DNA of 64,000 bases, from NCBI GenBank assembly GCA_027021705.1, contig JALUTT010000012.1, forward strand, positions 1 through 64,000, given 5' to 3'. The stretch comes from Anaerolineae bacterium (GTDB lineage: Bacteria > Chloroflexota > Anaerolineae > S140-20). How positions within the stretch are numbered: the first letter of the stretch is position 1; each line of letters starts with the position of its first letter. The notes beneath the pieces were generated by a model. That model had not been told where the DNA came from. It did no database searches and saw only the letters and a list, made by a program, of their open reading frames with translations. Shown in pieces: positions 28,466-38,361 of the stretch. The position numbers were made by a program, and so were the translations under genes.

Positions 28466-28972
28466 ATGAAGCGCATTCGTGGCCGTGTCTGGAAGTACGG
28501 CGACAACGTGAACACCGATGTGATCTTCCCCGGCAAGTACACCTACACCATCCGCGATCCCCAGGAGATGGCCAAGCACGCCCTGGAGGACCTAGACCCG
28601 GACTTCGCGGCCCAGGTGCAGCCGGGGGACGTCATCGTCGCCGGTCGCAACTGGGGATCGGGGAGCAGCCGGGAGCAGGCGGTGACCGCCCTCAAAGCGG
28701 CCGGCGTGGGAGCCATCATCGCCAAATCCTTCGCCCGCATCTACTACCGCAACTGCATCAACAACGCCCTGCCCGCTCTCATCAGCCCCGAGGCGGTGGA
28801 CGCCCTGGAGAGCGGCGACGAGGTGGAGATTGACCTGGAGGCGGGGGAGATCCGCACGCCCAAGGGCGTCTTCACCTTCCCTCCCCTGCCCGAAGCGGTG
28901 CGGGGGATCATCGAGGCCGGCGGGCTGATCCCCTACACCCGCCGGCGGTTGCACCAAGCGCAGCAAGGGTGA
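28466..28972 (+). CDS. 3-isopropylmalate dehydratase/homoaconitase small subunit (LeuD/HacB type)
   Basis: [38 protein letters not shown]. Confidence 0.9.
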   Translation: MKRIRGRVWKYGDNVNTDVIFPGKYTYTIRDPQEMAKHALEDLDPDFAAQVQPGDVIVAGRNWGSGSSREQAVTALKAAGVGAIIAKSFARIYYRNCINNALPALISPEAVDALESGDEVEIDLEAGEIRTPKGVFTFPPLPEAVRGIIEAGGLIPYTRRRLHQAQQG

Positions 28973-28981
28973 GCATAGCGA

Positions 28982-29027
28982 ACTTGCAAATTGCAAATTG
29001 CAATTTGCAATTCGCAATTCGCAATTT
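28982..29027. repeat. Inverted heptamer tracts (TTGCAAA)n/(TTCGCAA)n
   Basis: Directly visible; the two halves are complementary. Confidence 0.85.
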
Positions 29028-29044
29028 GTCCAGGGAGGAGGGAA

Positions 29045-30163
29045 ATGCCCAAGTACCGTATCGCACTGATGCCCGGGGACGGCATCGGCAACGACGTGAT
29101 GGACGCGGCTCAGATCGTGCTGGACAAGATCGCCCTGGATGCCGAGTACGTCCACGCCGACATCGGCTGGGAGTTCTGGCGCACCGAAGGCGATGCCCTT
29201 CCCCAGCGCACGGTGGACCTGCTCAAGGGCTGCACCTGTGCTCTCTTCGGGGCGATCACCTCCAAGCCCAAGGACGAGGCCGAGGCGGAGCTGATCCCCG
29301 AGCTGCGGGGCAAGGGGTTGGTCTACCGCAGCCCCATCGTCCGCCTGCGCCAGCTCTTCGACCTCTACGTCAACCTGCGCCCCTGCAAAGCCTACCCCGG
29401 CAACCCTCTGAACTACCGGGACGACATTGACCTGGTCATCTTCCGGGAGAACACCGAGGGGCTCTACAGCGGCGTCGAGTTCCACCCCGTTCCCCAGGCC
29501 GTGCGGGAGGTGCTGGAGGCCCACAGCCCGGCGATGGCCCGCTTCGCCGACGTGGCCGAGGAGGACCTGGCCATCTCCTGCCGCATCTTCACCCGCCGGG
29601 GATGCCGGCGCATCGTTCGCCGGGCCTTCGAGTACGCCCAGGCCCACGGTTACCCCACCGTCACCGTCGTGGAGAAGCCCAACGTCATCCGCGAGACCAG
29701 CGGGCTGATGGTGCGGGAGGCCCGCCGGATCGCCGCCGACTTCCCCGACGTCGAGCTCTGGGAGACGAACGTGGACGCCCAGGTGATGTGGCTGGTCAAG
29801 AACCCCCAGGACTACGGCGTGCTGGTGACCAGCAACATGTTCGGCGACATCGTCTCCGACCTGGCGGCCCAGTTGGTGGGCGGGCTGGGGTTTGCCAGTA
29901 GTGGGAACATCGGCGACGACTTCGCCATCTTTGAGCCGACCCACGGCAGCGCCCCCAAGTACGCTGGCCAGTACAAGGTCAACCCGATGGCCATGCTCCT
30001 GGCGGTCAAGCTGATGTTGGACTGGCTGGGCGAGCGGGAGAAGGCCCAGGCGCTGGAGTCGGCCATCGCCGGCGTCATCGCCGAGGGGAAGGTGCGCACC
30101 TACGATATGGGGGGCAGCAACACAACCCTCGAGGTGGCCCAGGCCGTCGCCGAGCGGCTATAG
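29045..30163 (+). CDS. Isocitrate/isopropylmalate (possibly homoisocitrate) dehydrogenase
   Basis: GDGIG, NLRP, RENTEG, NMFGDIVSD, FEPTHGSAP. Confidence 0.92.
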   Translation: MPKYRIALMPGDGIGNDVMDAAQIVLDKIALDAEYVHADIGWEFWRTEGDALPQRTVDLLKGCTCALFGAITSKPKDEAEAELIPELRGKGLVYRSPIVRLRQLFDLYVNLRPCKAYPGNPLNYRDDIDLVIFRENTEGLYSGVEFHPVPQAVREVLEAHSPAMARFADVAEEDLAISCRIFTRRGCRRIVRRAFEYAQAHGYPTVTVVEKPNVIRETSGLMVREARRIAADFPDVELWETNVDAQVMWLVKNPQDYGVLVTSNMFGDIVSDLAAQLVGGLGFASSGNIGDDFAIFEPTHGSAPKYAGQYKVNPMAMLLAVKLMLDWLGEREKAQALESAIAGVIAEGKVRTYDMGGSNTTLEVAQAVAERL

Positions 30164-30199
30164 TCCGAGGGAAGAGACTGCCCGCGGGAGAGGCACACA

Positions 30200-30436
30200 A
30201 TGCCTACCGTCAAGCGCATAGGGCCGTATCGGTTCTTCTTCTACTCTGGTGATCGCTTAGAGCCGCCGCACGTGCATGTAGAGCGGGAACACAAAGTTGC
30301 TAAGTTCTGGCTGAATCCCACACGCTTGCAATCCAGCGGACGGTTCCGCCCTCACGAGATACGGCGTATTCAACATCTTGTTGAAGAGCACGAACAGGAG
30401 TTTTTGGAGGCATGGAATGAGTACTTTAGTAGTTGA
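30200..30436 (+). CDS. DUF4160 protein (putative TA module)
   Basis: MPTV..YRFFFYSGD..EPPHVHV...AKFWL...AWNEYF. Confidence 0.9.
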   Translation: MPTVKRIGPYRFFFYSGDRLEPPHVHVEREHKVAKFWLNPTRLQSSGRFRPHEIRRIQHLVEEHEQEFLEAWNEYFSS

Positions 30437-30746
30437 GCATCAGGCCCGCGCGCAGACGGTAGAGGTGACCGATGAGGAGCTGATTGTGGAACTGGACGAT
30501 GGGCGAACTATCAGCGTACCCTTGGCCTGGTTCCCACGGCTGGTACATGGGACACCGATGGAACGGAGGAATTGGCGCTTGATAGGCGACGGCGAAGGTA
30601 TCCATTGGCCTGAGTTGGATGAAGACATCGAAGTCAAGCATTTGCTGGCCGGGATCCCATCCCAGGAAAGCCAGCGCTCTTTGCAGCGATGGCTTGTGAG
30701 TCGCAGCCGTCGGCGCATAGACGAGGCAGAAGATCGCCCTGCCTGA
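30417..30746 (+). CDS. DUF2442 protein (partner of DUF4160)
   Basis: LDDGRTISVPLAWFPRL...GIHWPELDEDI; overlaps the DUF4160 gene. Confidence 0.9.
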   Translation: MSTLVVEHQARAQTVEVTDEELIVELDDGRTISVPLAWFPRLVHGTPMERRNWRLIGDGEGIHWPELDEDIEVKHLLAGIPSQESQRSLQRWLVSRSRRRIDEAEDRPA

Positions 30747-30760
30747 CTTCATTCGGCTCC

Positions 30761-31846
30761 TCAACGGTCCGGTATCCCCTCCCTCACCGCTTCCACGATG
30801 AGCTCTAGATCGGTCGGCGTCAGCGCCGGGTGGACGGGGAGGGAGAGGACCTGGCGGGCCGCCTCCTCCGCCACGGGGAAGTGGCCGTCGTACCCCAGGC
30901 CCCGGTAGACGGGCTGGGCCGGCAGGGTCCGGGGGTAGTAGATGCCCGTCCCGATCCCCCGTGCCCGCAGTTGCTCCACCAGCCCGTCCCGATCCTCCAG
31001 CACCCGGATGGTGTACTGGTGGAAGACGTGGCGGTAACCGGGCCTCACCGAGGGCGGGACAATGCCCGGCAGCCCCTGCAACCGCCGGGTCAGGTAGGCC
31101 GCGTTGGCGATGCGCCGCTCGTTCCACGCCTCCAGCTTCTTCAGTTGGGCCAGGCCGATGGCGGCGTGGATGTCGGTCATCCGAAAGTTGTAGCCCAGTT
31201 GCTCGTTGTAGTAGCGCTGCCGCATCCCGTGGGCGCGGAGGAGCCGGGCCTGCTCGGCGATCCGGTCGTCGTCGGTGGTGATGATCCCCCCCTCGCCCGT
31301 GGTCATGTTCTTGGTCGGGTAAAAGGAAAAGCAGCCCGTGGCGAAGGTCCCCACCTTCCGGCCCTCGATGGCCGCGCCGTGGGCCTGAGCCGCATCCTCG
31401 ATGACCACCAGCCCGTGCCGCTCGGCGACCTCCAGGAGGGCGGGCATCTCCGCCGGGTGGCCGAAGAGGTGGACGGGTAGGATGGCCCGGGTGCGGGGCG
31501 TGATGGCCTCTTCGACCAGCGCCGAGTTCAGGTTGAAGGTCTCCGGCTCGATGTCCACGAAGACGGGCCGGGCCCCCACGTAGAGGACGGCGTTGGCCGT
31601 GGCGATGAAGGTGAAGGGGGTGGTGATCACCTCGTCGCCGGGACCAATGCCGTGGGCCAGCAGAGCGATGTGAAGGGCCGTCGTCCCCGACGAAGTGGCG
31701 ATGGCGTGCTTCACTCCGCAGTAGGCGGCGAAAGCTTCCTCGAAGGCCCGGACGCGGGGGCCTTGGGCCAGTTGCCCCGACCGCAGGACCTCTAGGACGG
31801 CCTTCTCCTCTTCCTCACCGATGAGCGGCTGAGCGATGGGTATCAT
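30761..31846 (-). CDS. DegT/DnrJ/EryC1/StrS sugar aminotransferase (WbpE-like)
   Basis: SGTTALH, PVHLFG, EDAAQAHG, FSFYPTKNMTTGEGG, GYNFRM. Confidence 0.93.
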   Translation of the reverse strand: MIPIAQPLIGEEEEKAVLEVLRSGQLAQGPRVRAFEEAFAAYCGVKHAIATSSGTTALHIALLAHGIGPGDEVITTPFTFIATANAVLYVGARPVFVDIEPETFNLNSALVEEAITPRTRAILPVHLFGHPAEMPALLEVAERHGLVVIEDAAQAHGAAIEGRKVGTFATGCFSFYPTKNMTTGEGGIITTDDDRIAEQARLLRAHGMRQRYYNEQLGYNFRMTDIHAAIGLAQLKKLEAWNERRIANAAYLTRRLQGLPGIVPPSVRPGYRHVFHQYTIRVLEDRDGLVEQLRARGIGTGIYYPRTLPAQPVYRGLGYDGHFPVAEEAARQVLSLPVHPALTPTDLELIVEAVREGIPDR

Positions 31847-31875
31847 TGCGACTTCCTCCTTCCTTTTCCCTCATC

Positions 31876-32027
31876 CCCCACTGCCTCATTGCCTCATTAC
31901 CTCATTACCTCGTTCCCTCATTCCCTCGTTGCCTCATTGCATCCCGACCGTGGAGACGACCGCCGACGGCAGACCGCTGACCGCCGAACGACCGCAGATC
32001 GCCGACTGGGGACTGAGGACCGAGGAC
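31876..32027. repeat. Intergenic 8-mer (CCTCATT[GAC])n and 7-mer repeats
   Basis: Directly visible between the acyltransferase and aminotransferase genes. Confidence 0.8.
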
Positions 32028-32627
32028 TCACTCCTCTCCCCCGAACCGATACGTCTCCCCACAGGTGGGGCAGCGCATCAGGCCCCGCTCCTCCTCCCGG
32101 CCCACTTCGACCAGGCGGGTGGCGCACTTGCAGACGTAGCCGACGAGTCGGGCCGGATTGCCCACCACCAGCCCGTAGTCGGGCACGTCCCGGGTGACGA
32201 CGGCGCCGGCCCCGACCAGGGCGAACCGCCCGATGGTCACGCCGGGCAGGATGACGGACCGGGCTCCTAGGGAAGCTCCATAGCGGACCCGGATGGTCCC
32301 CACCTCCCAGTCGGCGTCCGTCTTCAGCCGACCGTCGGGGGTGATGGCCCGGGGCCGCTTGTCGTTGGTCAGGCAGACCTGCGGGCCGATGAAGACCCCA
32401 TCCTCCACCGTCACGCCGTGGTAGAGCAGGGCCTGGTTCTGGATCTTCACGTTGTCGCCGATCTGGACGCCGAAGTCCACGTAGACGTCCTTGCCCAGGA
32501 TGCAGTTGCGCCCGATGCGGGCTCCCTCCCGCACCTGGGCGTGGTGCCATATCCGGGTGCCCGGTCCGATCTCCGCCTGGGGGGAGACCTGGGCCGTGGG
32601 ATGAATCTGGGGCCTGTCGTCTGTCAC
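32028..32627 (-). CDS. Hexapeptide-repeat sugar N-acetyltransferase (WbpD-like)
   Basis: IHPTA, IWH, VKIQN, TNDKRPR, GAGAVVTRDVP, GNPAR, C-terminal Cys pairs. Confidence 0.9.
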   Translation of the reverse strand: MTDDRPQIHPTAQVSPQAEIGPGTRIWHHAQVREGARIGRNCILGKDVYVDFGVQIGDNVKIQNQALLYHGVTVEDGVFIGPQVCLTNDKRPRAITPDGRLKTDADWEVGTIRVRYGASLGARSVILPGVTIGRFALVGAGAVVTRDVPDYGLVVGNPARLVGYVCKCATRLVEVGREEERGLMRCPTCGETYRFGGEE

Positions 32628-32672
32628 TGGGCTCTCCTCCTCGTGGTGTTGGGGAACGCTGCCGTTCCCCGG

Positions 32673-34262
32673 CTACTCGGTCACCCACTCGTAGATCCTG
32701 ACGGGGCGGCCTCGGGGACGCAACACCGCCCGCAGGATCCAGCCGCTGCTTTCATCCACCCGATAGCCGATGCCGGCGTAGAGCCCTGCCATCGCCTGGG
32801 GGTGGTCCTTCTCCAGCACCAGGTAGCGCACGCCGTAGCGTCGGGCCGCCTCGGCCGCCACCGCCGGGGAGCCGTTGGGGATGGCGACGGCGGGATAGCC
32901 GGTGTAGTAGGTGAAGCTGGGCGGGTCGTTGACCATCACCACCAACGCCGATGCGTCGGCCTCCCCGCCCTCGCGGGCCTGCAGCCAGGCGCCGACGGCG
33001 TGGGGGACGGTCCCTGCCTCGCTCCAGGCGACCAACTGCCGGAGGTAGAGCCCCAGGCTGAGGAGCGCGGCCGCGATCAGTGCCAGGCGGGTGAAGCCCC
33101 GCTGGGCTCGCTCCCGCTCCCAGGTCGGGATGCGTTCGGCGGCCCAGCCGACGGCCCGGTCCAACTCCCCCAGAGCCACCGCCAGGAAGAAGGGGAGCAG
33201 CACCCCGCCGGAGTGGAAGAGCCCTCCCCGCATCCCCGGATAGGTGAAGGCCAGCGTCATCACGGCGTAGAGCAGCAGGGTGTAGACCAGGGCGGGGCGG
33301 ATCAGCCGATGGCGGCGATGTCGCCACAGCCCGACCACGACGAAGGGAGCCAAGAAGATGAAGCCGTGGACGGCGATGAGGGTCTGGAGGGCCGACACCA
33401 GCGCCTCCAGACGGGAGCGCAGGATCGGCCCCACTCCCCAGGCCAGGAAGCTCGCCAGCGTGGGCAGGTCGCCGTAGTTGAAGAGCTCGTCGTAAGCCCG
33501 CAGCCAGAGAGTCCGGCTGCCGGCCGGGGAGAGGGGCAGGCCGATGGCCCGCAGGTTGCGCAGAAACCAGGGGACCATCACCAGCAGGTAGCCGCCCAGA
33601 AGCGGAACCATAAGGCGGAGCGTTGCCTTGCCGGTCCCGCGCTCTCGCCGCTCCAGGAGGATCAGGAGGGCGACCACCAAGAGCAGGAGGCCATCGGCCC
33701 GCGTCAGGTGGGCCAGACCGGTCAGGCCACCGATGAGCAGGGCCTGCTTCCACGTCCCGTCCCCCTCCTGCAGGCTACCCACCTGCCAGAGGGCCACTCC
33801 CCCTACCAGCGCATAGGGAGTGAAGCTCTCGGGCAGCGTCCAGTAGGGCGCATAGAAGCCGCCCAGGAGCATCAGCAGCCCGGCCGCCCAGGCGTGGCGG
33901 CGATTCTGGGAGAAGGACCAGGCGACGACGTAGGCCAGGAGGGGGAGCAGGGCTGCCAGCAATAGGAAGGGAACCTGGAGCCCGCGCCATGCGCCGCCGC
34001 TCAGCCACCCCCCCAGCCCCGCCAGCAGGGCCGGCAGGGGCATCCAGTAGAGGTAGCCGGGGTGGGGAAGGCCGGCGGGAGCATCCAGGTAGTTCCACAC
34101 GAAGGGCTCGTTGAACCCTCGTCCGGCGGCCAGCTCCCGTCCGCCCACGGCGTAGTAGGCAGCGTCCATGTAAGGCGGACCGCTCAGGGGCCAGGCGACC
34201 AGCCCCTGGACGATCAGCGCCACCAAGAAAAGTCGGAAGAGGTCAGGGGGGCGTTGGGTCAT
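32673..34262 (-). CDS. Polytopic GT-C fold glycosyltransferase (ArnT/PMT-like)
   Basis: MDAAYY first loop, YWMPLP, HLTRADG, PWFLRN; many TM segments. Confidence 0.8.
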   Translation of the reverse strand: MTQRPPDLFRLFLVALIVQGLVAWPLSGPPYMDAAYYAVGGRELAAGRGFNEPFVWNYLDAPAGLPHPGYLYWMPLPALLAGLGGWLSGGAWRGLQVPFLLLAALLPLLAYVVAWSFSQNRRHAWAAGLLMLLGGFYAPYWTLPESFTPYALVGGVALWQVGSLQEGDGTWKQALLIGGLTGLAHLTRADGLLLLVVALLILLERRERGTGKATLRLMVPLLGGYLLVMVPWFLRNLRAIGLPLSPAGSRTLWLRAYDELFNYGDLPTLASFLAWGVGPILRSRLEALVSALQTLIAVHGFIFLAPFVVVGLWRHRRHRLIRPALVYTLLLYAVMTLAFTYPGMRGGLFHSGGVLLPFFLAVALGELDRAVGWAAERIPTWERERAQRGFTRLALIAAALLSLGLYLRQLVAWSEAGTVPHAVGAWLQAREGGEADASALVVMVNDPPSFTYYTGYPAVAIPNGSPAVAAEAARRYGVRYLVLEKDHPQAMAGLYAGIGYRVDESSGWILRAVLRPRGRPVRIYEWVTE

Positions 34263-34271
34263 GGGCAGTCC

Positions 34272-35780
34272 TCAGTCCTCCGTCGGCGGTCGTCCAGCGG
34301 TCCTTTTCCTCCGAAACACCAGCGCCCGCCCGTCCTCGTAGAGCGGTTCCCACGCCGGCGAGGCAGCCATTGCCCCGACCAGGGGGCTCTTGGCTTCCAC
34401 AAGGGCGGTCTGCACGCCGTAGCGATCCAAGATCGCCTCCCAACCGGGCTTGGCCAGAGCGACCTGGGCGTATTGGAAAAGGAAATCATCGCCGTAGAGG
34501 TCTGCCCGGCCATCCACGAAGACCCGGTAGTCAGGGTAGAGGTGCCAGATCAGGTATCCTCCCCAGTTGTAGGGGTTGAAGAGGGGAGCGGAAGGACGCT
34601 CCTGCCGCAACCAGGCCAAGGCGTCGGCGGGGAAACCTTGCTCCCTCTCAGCCTGGGCCAGCGTCTCGGGGGAGAGGGCGACGTAGGCTTTGGTCAGGGC
34701 TGCCAGCAGCAGCACGATCACGATCCCTACGTTCAGCGCCCCTTGCCCCCGCCACCGCTGCACCGTACCTGGGGTGTCTGTCAAGGCCCCTGAGCGCTGG
34801 AGTCCTTTCCTTTCGTCACTCCATCCCCTGAGTTGAGACAGAGATGCGCTCAACAGCGGCGTGGCGACCAGAGCGAAGAGCCCCATCGCCCGCTGGGACT
34901 GAAAGGTCAGGTAGGTGAAGGCCAGCAGGTTCAGCAGGTCCGCCAGAGGGGGAGGGCGGCGGGAGAGGCCTAGCACCGCCAAGATGAGCAACACCATCCA
35001 AATAAGCGGCTGGTTGTGGAGTTGGTGGAAGTCGGGAGAGGCCCATTCAGCGATGTACTGCCGAGCGAACCGCTGTCCCGCGTTGTAGAAGGGGTAGGAC
35101 CACATCCGGGGGCCGTAGGGGTTCAAGGGCACCACGAGCAGAGCTGCCAGAGAGGTCAGGAGCCAGGGCCGCCATAGGCGGACGGTAAGCTGCCCCCTTT
35201 CTTTCCAAAGGCGCTCCAGTACTTCACCCAGGAAGGAAAGCCCTAACAGCAACAGCCCCAACACGTAGCCCGCGTGGGCATTGACCCAGAGGACGAAGAG
35301 GAGGGGTATGGGGTAGAGCGCTCGGCGGTCCTCCTGGACGCGGTAACGGTGGAGGAGGAAGGTCAGCAGGGCGGTGAACAGGTAGGTGGTCATCTGGGGA
35401 CGCGGTGTCCAGACCGGCGAGGAGACGGTGGCGGCAAAGACGAGCAGGAAGGCTCGCGGAAAGACTCCCCCCCGCATTTGGGGCCAGAGGAAGGCCAGGG
35501 CCAGGGTCGCCTGGAGGGCGACTAGGAGCCCCACGCCGGCCATCCCCAAGAGCCGGTAGGCCAGGTAGAGGGCGATCTGGGGCAACCAACCGTTGTCCAC
35601 CCAGGGTTGCCCTGCCATCGTGTGGGAGAAGGGGTCCTGATGAGGAATGCGCCCTTCCTGGACGATCCAGCGGCCTGTCGCCAGGTGCCACCAGCCATCC
35701 GGATCTATGGGTGTGCGCACCGCCATGGCGAAGATGGCGATAAAGGTGACCACGATAACCAACCGTCGTCCGTCCAACAC
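34272..35780 (-). CDS. Polytopic membrane protein, putative GT-C glycosyltransferase
   Basis: DPDGWWHL..GR, DPFS, RPQ, LWVNAH, NPYG, YNWGGYL, FVDGR motifs. Confidence 0.75.
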   Translation of the reverse strand: MLDGRRLVIVVTFIAIFAMAVRTPIDPDGWWHLATGRWIVQEGRIPHQDPFSHTMAGQPWVDNGWLPQIALYLAYRLLGMAGVGLLVALQATLALAFLWPQMRGGVFPRAFLLVFAATVSSPVWTPRPQMTTYLFTALLTFLLHRYRVQEDRRALYPIPLLFVLWVNAHAGYVLGLLLLGLSFLGEVLERLWKERGQLTVRLWRPWLLTSLAALLVVPLNPYGPRMWSYPFYNAGQRFARQYIAEWASPDFHQLHNQPLIWMVLLILAVLGLSRRPPPLADLLNLLAFTYLTFQSQRAMGLFALVATPLLSASLSQLRGWSDERKGLQRSGALTDTPGTVQRWRGQGALNVGIVIVLLLAALTKAYVALSPETLAQAEREQGFPADALAWLRQERPSAPLFNPYNWGGYLIWHLYPDYRVFVDGRADLYGDDFLFQYAQVALAKPGWEAILDRYGVQTALVEAKSPLVGAMAASPAWEPLYEDGRALVFRRKRTAGRPPTED

Positions 35781-35855
35781 AGGTTACCTCAGGATGCTGC
35801 GGTACGTTCGGCGCGGAGGTCTTGGGGAAAGTATACTGCAATTCGAGGGGAAAAG

Positions 35856-37517
35856 TCAAGGCAGGAAGCGGTCCAGGTCCAGGTCCTCTGGGGAGACCCG
35901 TCGGGAGAGGTCGTAGAAGATGCGGTAGGGGCCGATCTGGTGCTCCCGCCAGGTGACGCCGACGGCCCGGAAGCGCTGACGCAGCAGGTCGTCCAGCGCC
36001 GGCAGATTGCTGGTTACGTAGACGACGGTGGGGCTGGCGGCCACCATCGCGTCGTAGAGAGGGTAGCGGTTATCTAGAGGGGTGTAGCTTAGTGTCGCTT
36101 TGTAGGGCAGCCGGGCTGTCAGGATGATCTCCTCGTCCGAGAGGAACGCGAGACGGAAGGAGACCCAGTAGTTGCTGTAGCCTCGGGTGCCGTTGTGGGT
36201 CCGCAGGAAGGCCATCAGCGGCTCGTCGTACTCGTGGGGCAGGTGGGAGATCAGGTCGAACTGGGTGGTGATCCCCGGGGGCTGGCGGAGCACGGCCCGT
36301 AGGTTACCGACGACGTTGAAGAGAAGCAGGCCGGCCAGCAGTCCCCAGGCGACCCCGTTCCCCCACCGCGCCCGAAGCTCCCCCAGCAGGTGACCGGTGA
36401 AGAGGACCAAGGGGATGTAGAGGGGCAGGAAGTAGCGCCCGCTGGGATCGTTGCCGAAGGGGGTCAGCACGAAGCCGGCGAGGAGGGTGAGCCAGATACC
36501 CCCCAGGAGAAAGCGGACGTCGGCCGGCCCCCGGCGCAGCCCGTGGAGCAGGCCCCCTAGGTAGAGGGCCAGGGCCAGAGGGGCCAGGGGAAGCGCGTTC
36601 CATTCGACAGCCCAGGGAGGACGTAGACCGAAGAGGGCCGGGAGCCCCAGCACAACGAAGTTGAAGAGGCGGCGCAGGACGGCGATGCCGTAGCCGATCA
36701 GCCCCTGGCCCGGCGTAGGGAGTGTTCCGGCGATGTTGGCCCCCAACGATTGGGCCACGCCGGCGGAGAGGTCACTCAGGTTCCCCAGCCACCAGGGGGT
36801 GGCCCCCACAAGGAGGCCCAGAGCTAGAAGCAGGACATAGCGGGGTGGGCGGAACGGTCTCCAGCGGCGGTACGGTGGGGTCTCGGAGGACGAGCGAAGC
36901 AGCAGGAAGGCGAAGAGGGGGACCAGGTAGACGACGACGAGGCCGAAGGCCCAGAAGGCCAGGCCGGCCCAGACCCCTAGCAGGAATGCCGGGCGGTCCG
37001 TGAGCCGTCCCTCCCTGCTCAGCCGGTGTCCCGCCCACAGAAGCCCGTTGCCGAAGAGAAGCGCTTCGCCGTACCCGCCCAGGGTGGCCGTCGTGTAGAG
37101 GGTGAAGAGGACGGGGGGCAGCGCGACGAGGAGCGCCGCCGTGGTCGCCACAAAACGGTCGCGGTAGAAGTGCCAGGCCAGGCCGTAGGTGGTCAGGAGC
37201 ACGCCGGTGAAGAGGCCCACCTGGACCAGGCGGACCGCTCCGACCGAAGGTCCCAGGAAGGCGAAGGCACCGGCGATGAGCAGGGCGTCCAGGCTGCCCA
37301 TGTAGCGCTGACCGTAGAAGAAAAAGGTCCACTTCCCCTCCAGGATGTGGCGGGCCATCAGGGCTACCACCGCCTCATCGCTGTTGAAGGAAACGGCTCC
37401 GCTAGCGAGGATGATCCCTTTGAGGGCCAACCCCAGGGTGAGGACGGCCCACAGCGCCCAATGGGTGGGAAACCAGCGGAGGAAGAGGGACCGGAAGGAG
37501 CGGGTCAAGGCCGTCAT
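35856..37517 (-). CDS. GT-C fold (family 39-like) glycosyltransferase
   Basis: NSDEAVVALMARHI, FYGQRYMG, GGYGE, RYFLP, YSNYW; ATGA overlap with the upstream gene. Confidence 0.8.
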   Translation of the reverse strand: MTALTRSFRSLFLRWFPTHWALWAVLTLGLALKGIILASGAVSFNSDEAVVALMARHILEGKWTFFFYGQRYMGSLDALLIAGAFAFLGPSVGAVRLVQVGLFTGVLLTTYGLAWHFYRDRFVATTAALLVALPPVLFTLYTTATLGGYGEALLFGNGLLWAGHRLSREGRLTDRPAFLLGVWAGLAFWAFGLVVVYLVPLFAFLLLRSSSETPPYRRWRPFRPPRYVLLLALGLLVGATPWWLGNLSDLSAGVAQSLGANIAGTLPTPGQGLIGYGIAVLRRLFNFVVLGLPALFGLRPPWAVEWNALPLAPLALALYLGGLLHGLRRGPADVRFLLGGIWLTLLAGFVLTPFGNDPSGRYFLPLYIPLVLFTGHLLGELRARWGNGVAWGLLAGLLLFNVVGNLRAVLRQPPGITTQFDLISHLPHEYDEPLMAFLRTHNGTRGYSNYWVSFRLAFLSDEEIILTARLPYKATLSYTPLDNRYPLYDAMVAASPTVVYVTSNLPALDDLLRQRFRAVGVTWREHQIGPYRIFYDLSRRVSPEDLDLDRFLP

Positions 37518-37930
37518 TCCCCTCCCAGGAAGAGGGCACGCCATTCGTCGGGGATCGAGCGGGCTCCCTGGGCCGGAGGACGAAGGGGCGCTTCTGAGGG
37601 TGCAGAGGGGGTCTCGGTGGGGGGGAAGACCGGGATCACCGCCACCTCCCCCTCTTGAGTCATCCGGGCCTGCACGCGGGCCCACCACTCCACGAAAGCC
37701 GGGCTTTCGACGAGTTCTCGTTGCGCCTCCAGCGCCTCCCGCGTCGCCTCGGCGGCCTCGACCTCGGCCTGCAGGCGTGCCTCCTCAGCCCGCATCCGCC
37801 GGATCACGGCCAGCCGCTGGCTGATGTCCACGGCCAGGGGCAGCGCGGCCAACACCACCAGCAGGAGGATGAGGCGAGGCAACAGGGGGTGGGAAGTAGC
37901 GCTTTCCTGGCGTTCCGTCGGGTGCTCCAT
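37514..37930 (-). CDS. FtsB/DivIC septum formation initiator family protein
   Basis: TM helix, coiled coil, then SPAFVEWWARVQARMTQEGE. Confidence 0.75.
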   Translation of the reverse strand: MEHPTERQESATSHPLLPRLILLLVVLAALPLAVDISQRLAVIRRMRAEEARLQAEVEAAEATREALEAQRELVESPAFVEWWARVQARMTQEGEVAVIPVFPPTETPSAPSEAPLRPPAQGARSIPDEWRALFLGGE

Positions 37931-37978
37931 CGGTGGTCCCGGTGGCTGCTCAATCGAGTGGTCGGGCGGTCATCGGAA

Positions 37979-38004
37979 GAAAAAAACCCGACCGAGCGGT
38001 CGGG
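37979..38004 (-). terminator. Rho-independent terminator after tRNA-Leu
   Basis: CCCGACC-GCTC-GGTCGGG hairpin followed by a T8 run on the minus strand. Confidence 0.85.
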
Positions 38005-38006
38005 AG

Positions 38007-38092
<86 letters not shown>

Positions 38093-38116
38093 TTCTGCGG
38101 TCTGAGATCGCCTATA

Positions 38117-38145
38117 ATTGTAAGCCCAAGCGCCGATTTTGTCAA
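38117..38145 (-). promoter_or_regulatory. Sigma70 promoter of tRNA-Leu
   Basis: TTGACA-17-TACAAT. Confidence 0.8.
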
Positions 38146-38272
38146 GGGCGGTACCGCGGTGATCACCCACAAGTGGGCGAGAGAGGGGTCCGTAGCAGGC
38201 CGTCCACGAATTTCTACGAATGCACACAATGGAGCGGATAAGTTGACGGATCCTGTGGCTTCTGGGCGAGTT

Positions 38273-38300
38273 TTGACGAAGCGTCTGCCTGTGCTATAAT
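38273..38300 (+). promoter_or_regulatory. Sigma70 promoter with extended -10
   Basis: TTGACG-16-TATAAT with TG extension. Confidence 0.7.
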
Positions 38301-38361
38301 GGGAAGTGGCATCTTCTTCTGAGAAAAGCCTGAACCCATCCCAGCCACCAGGAGGAGAAGG

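Noticed and set aside
30164..30760. DUF4160/DUF2442 pair as a second integron cassette
   Set aside because: No GTTRRRY/RYYYAAC boundaries or attC-like stem seen in its flanks.
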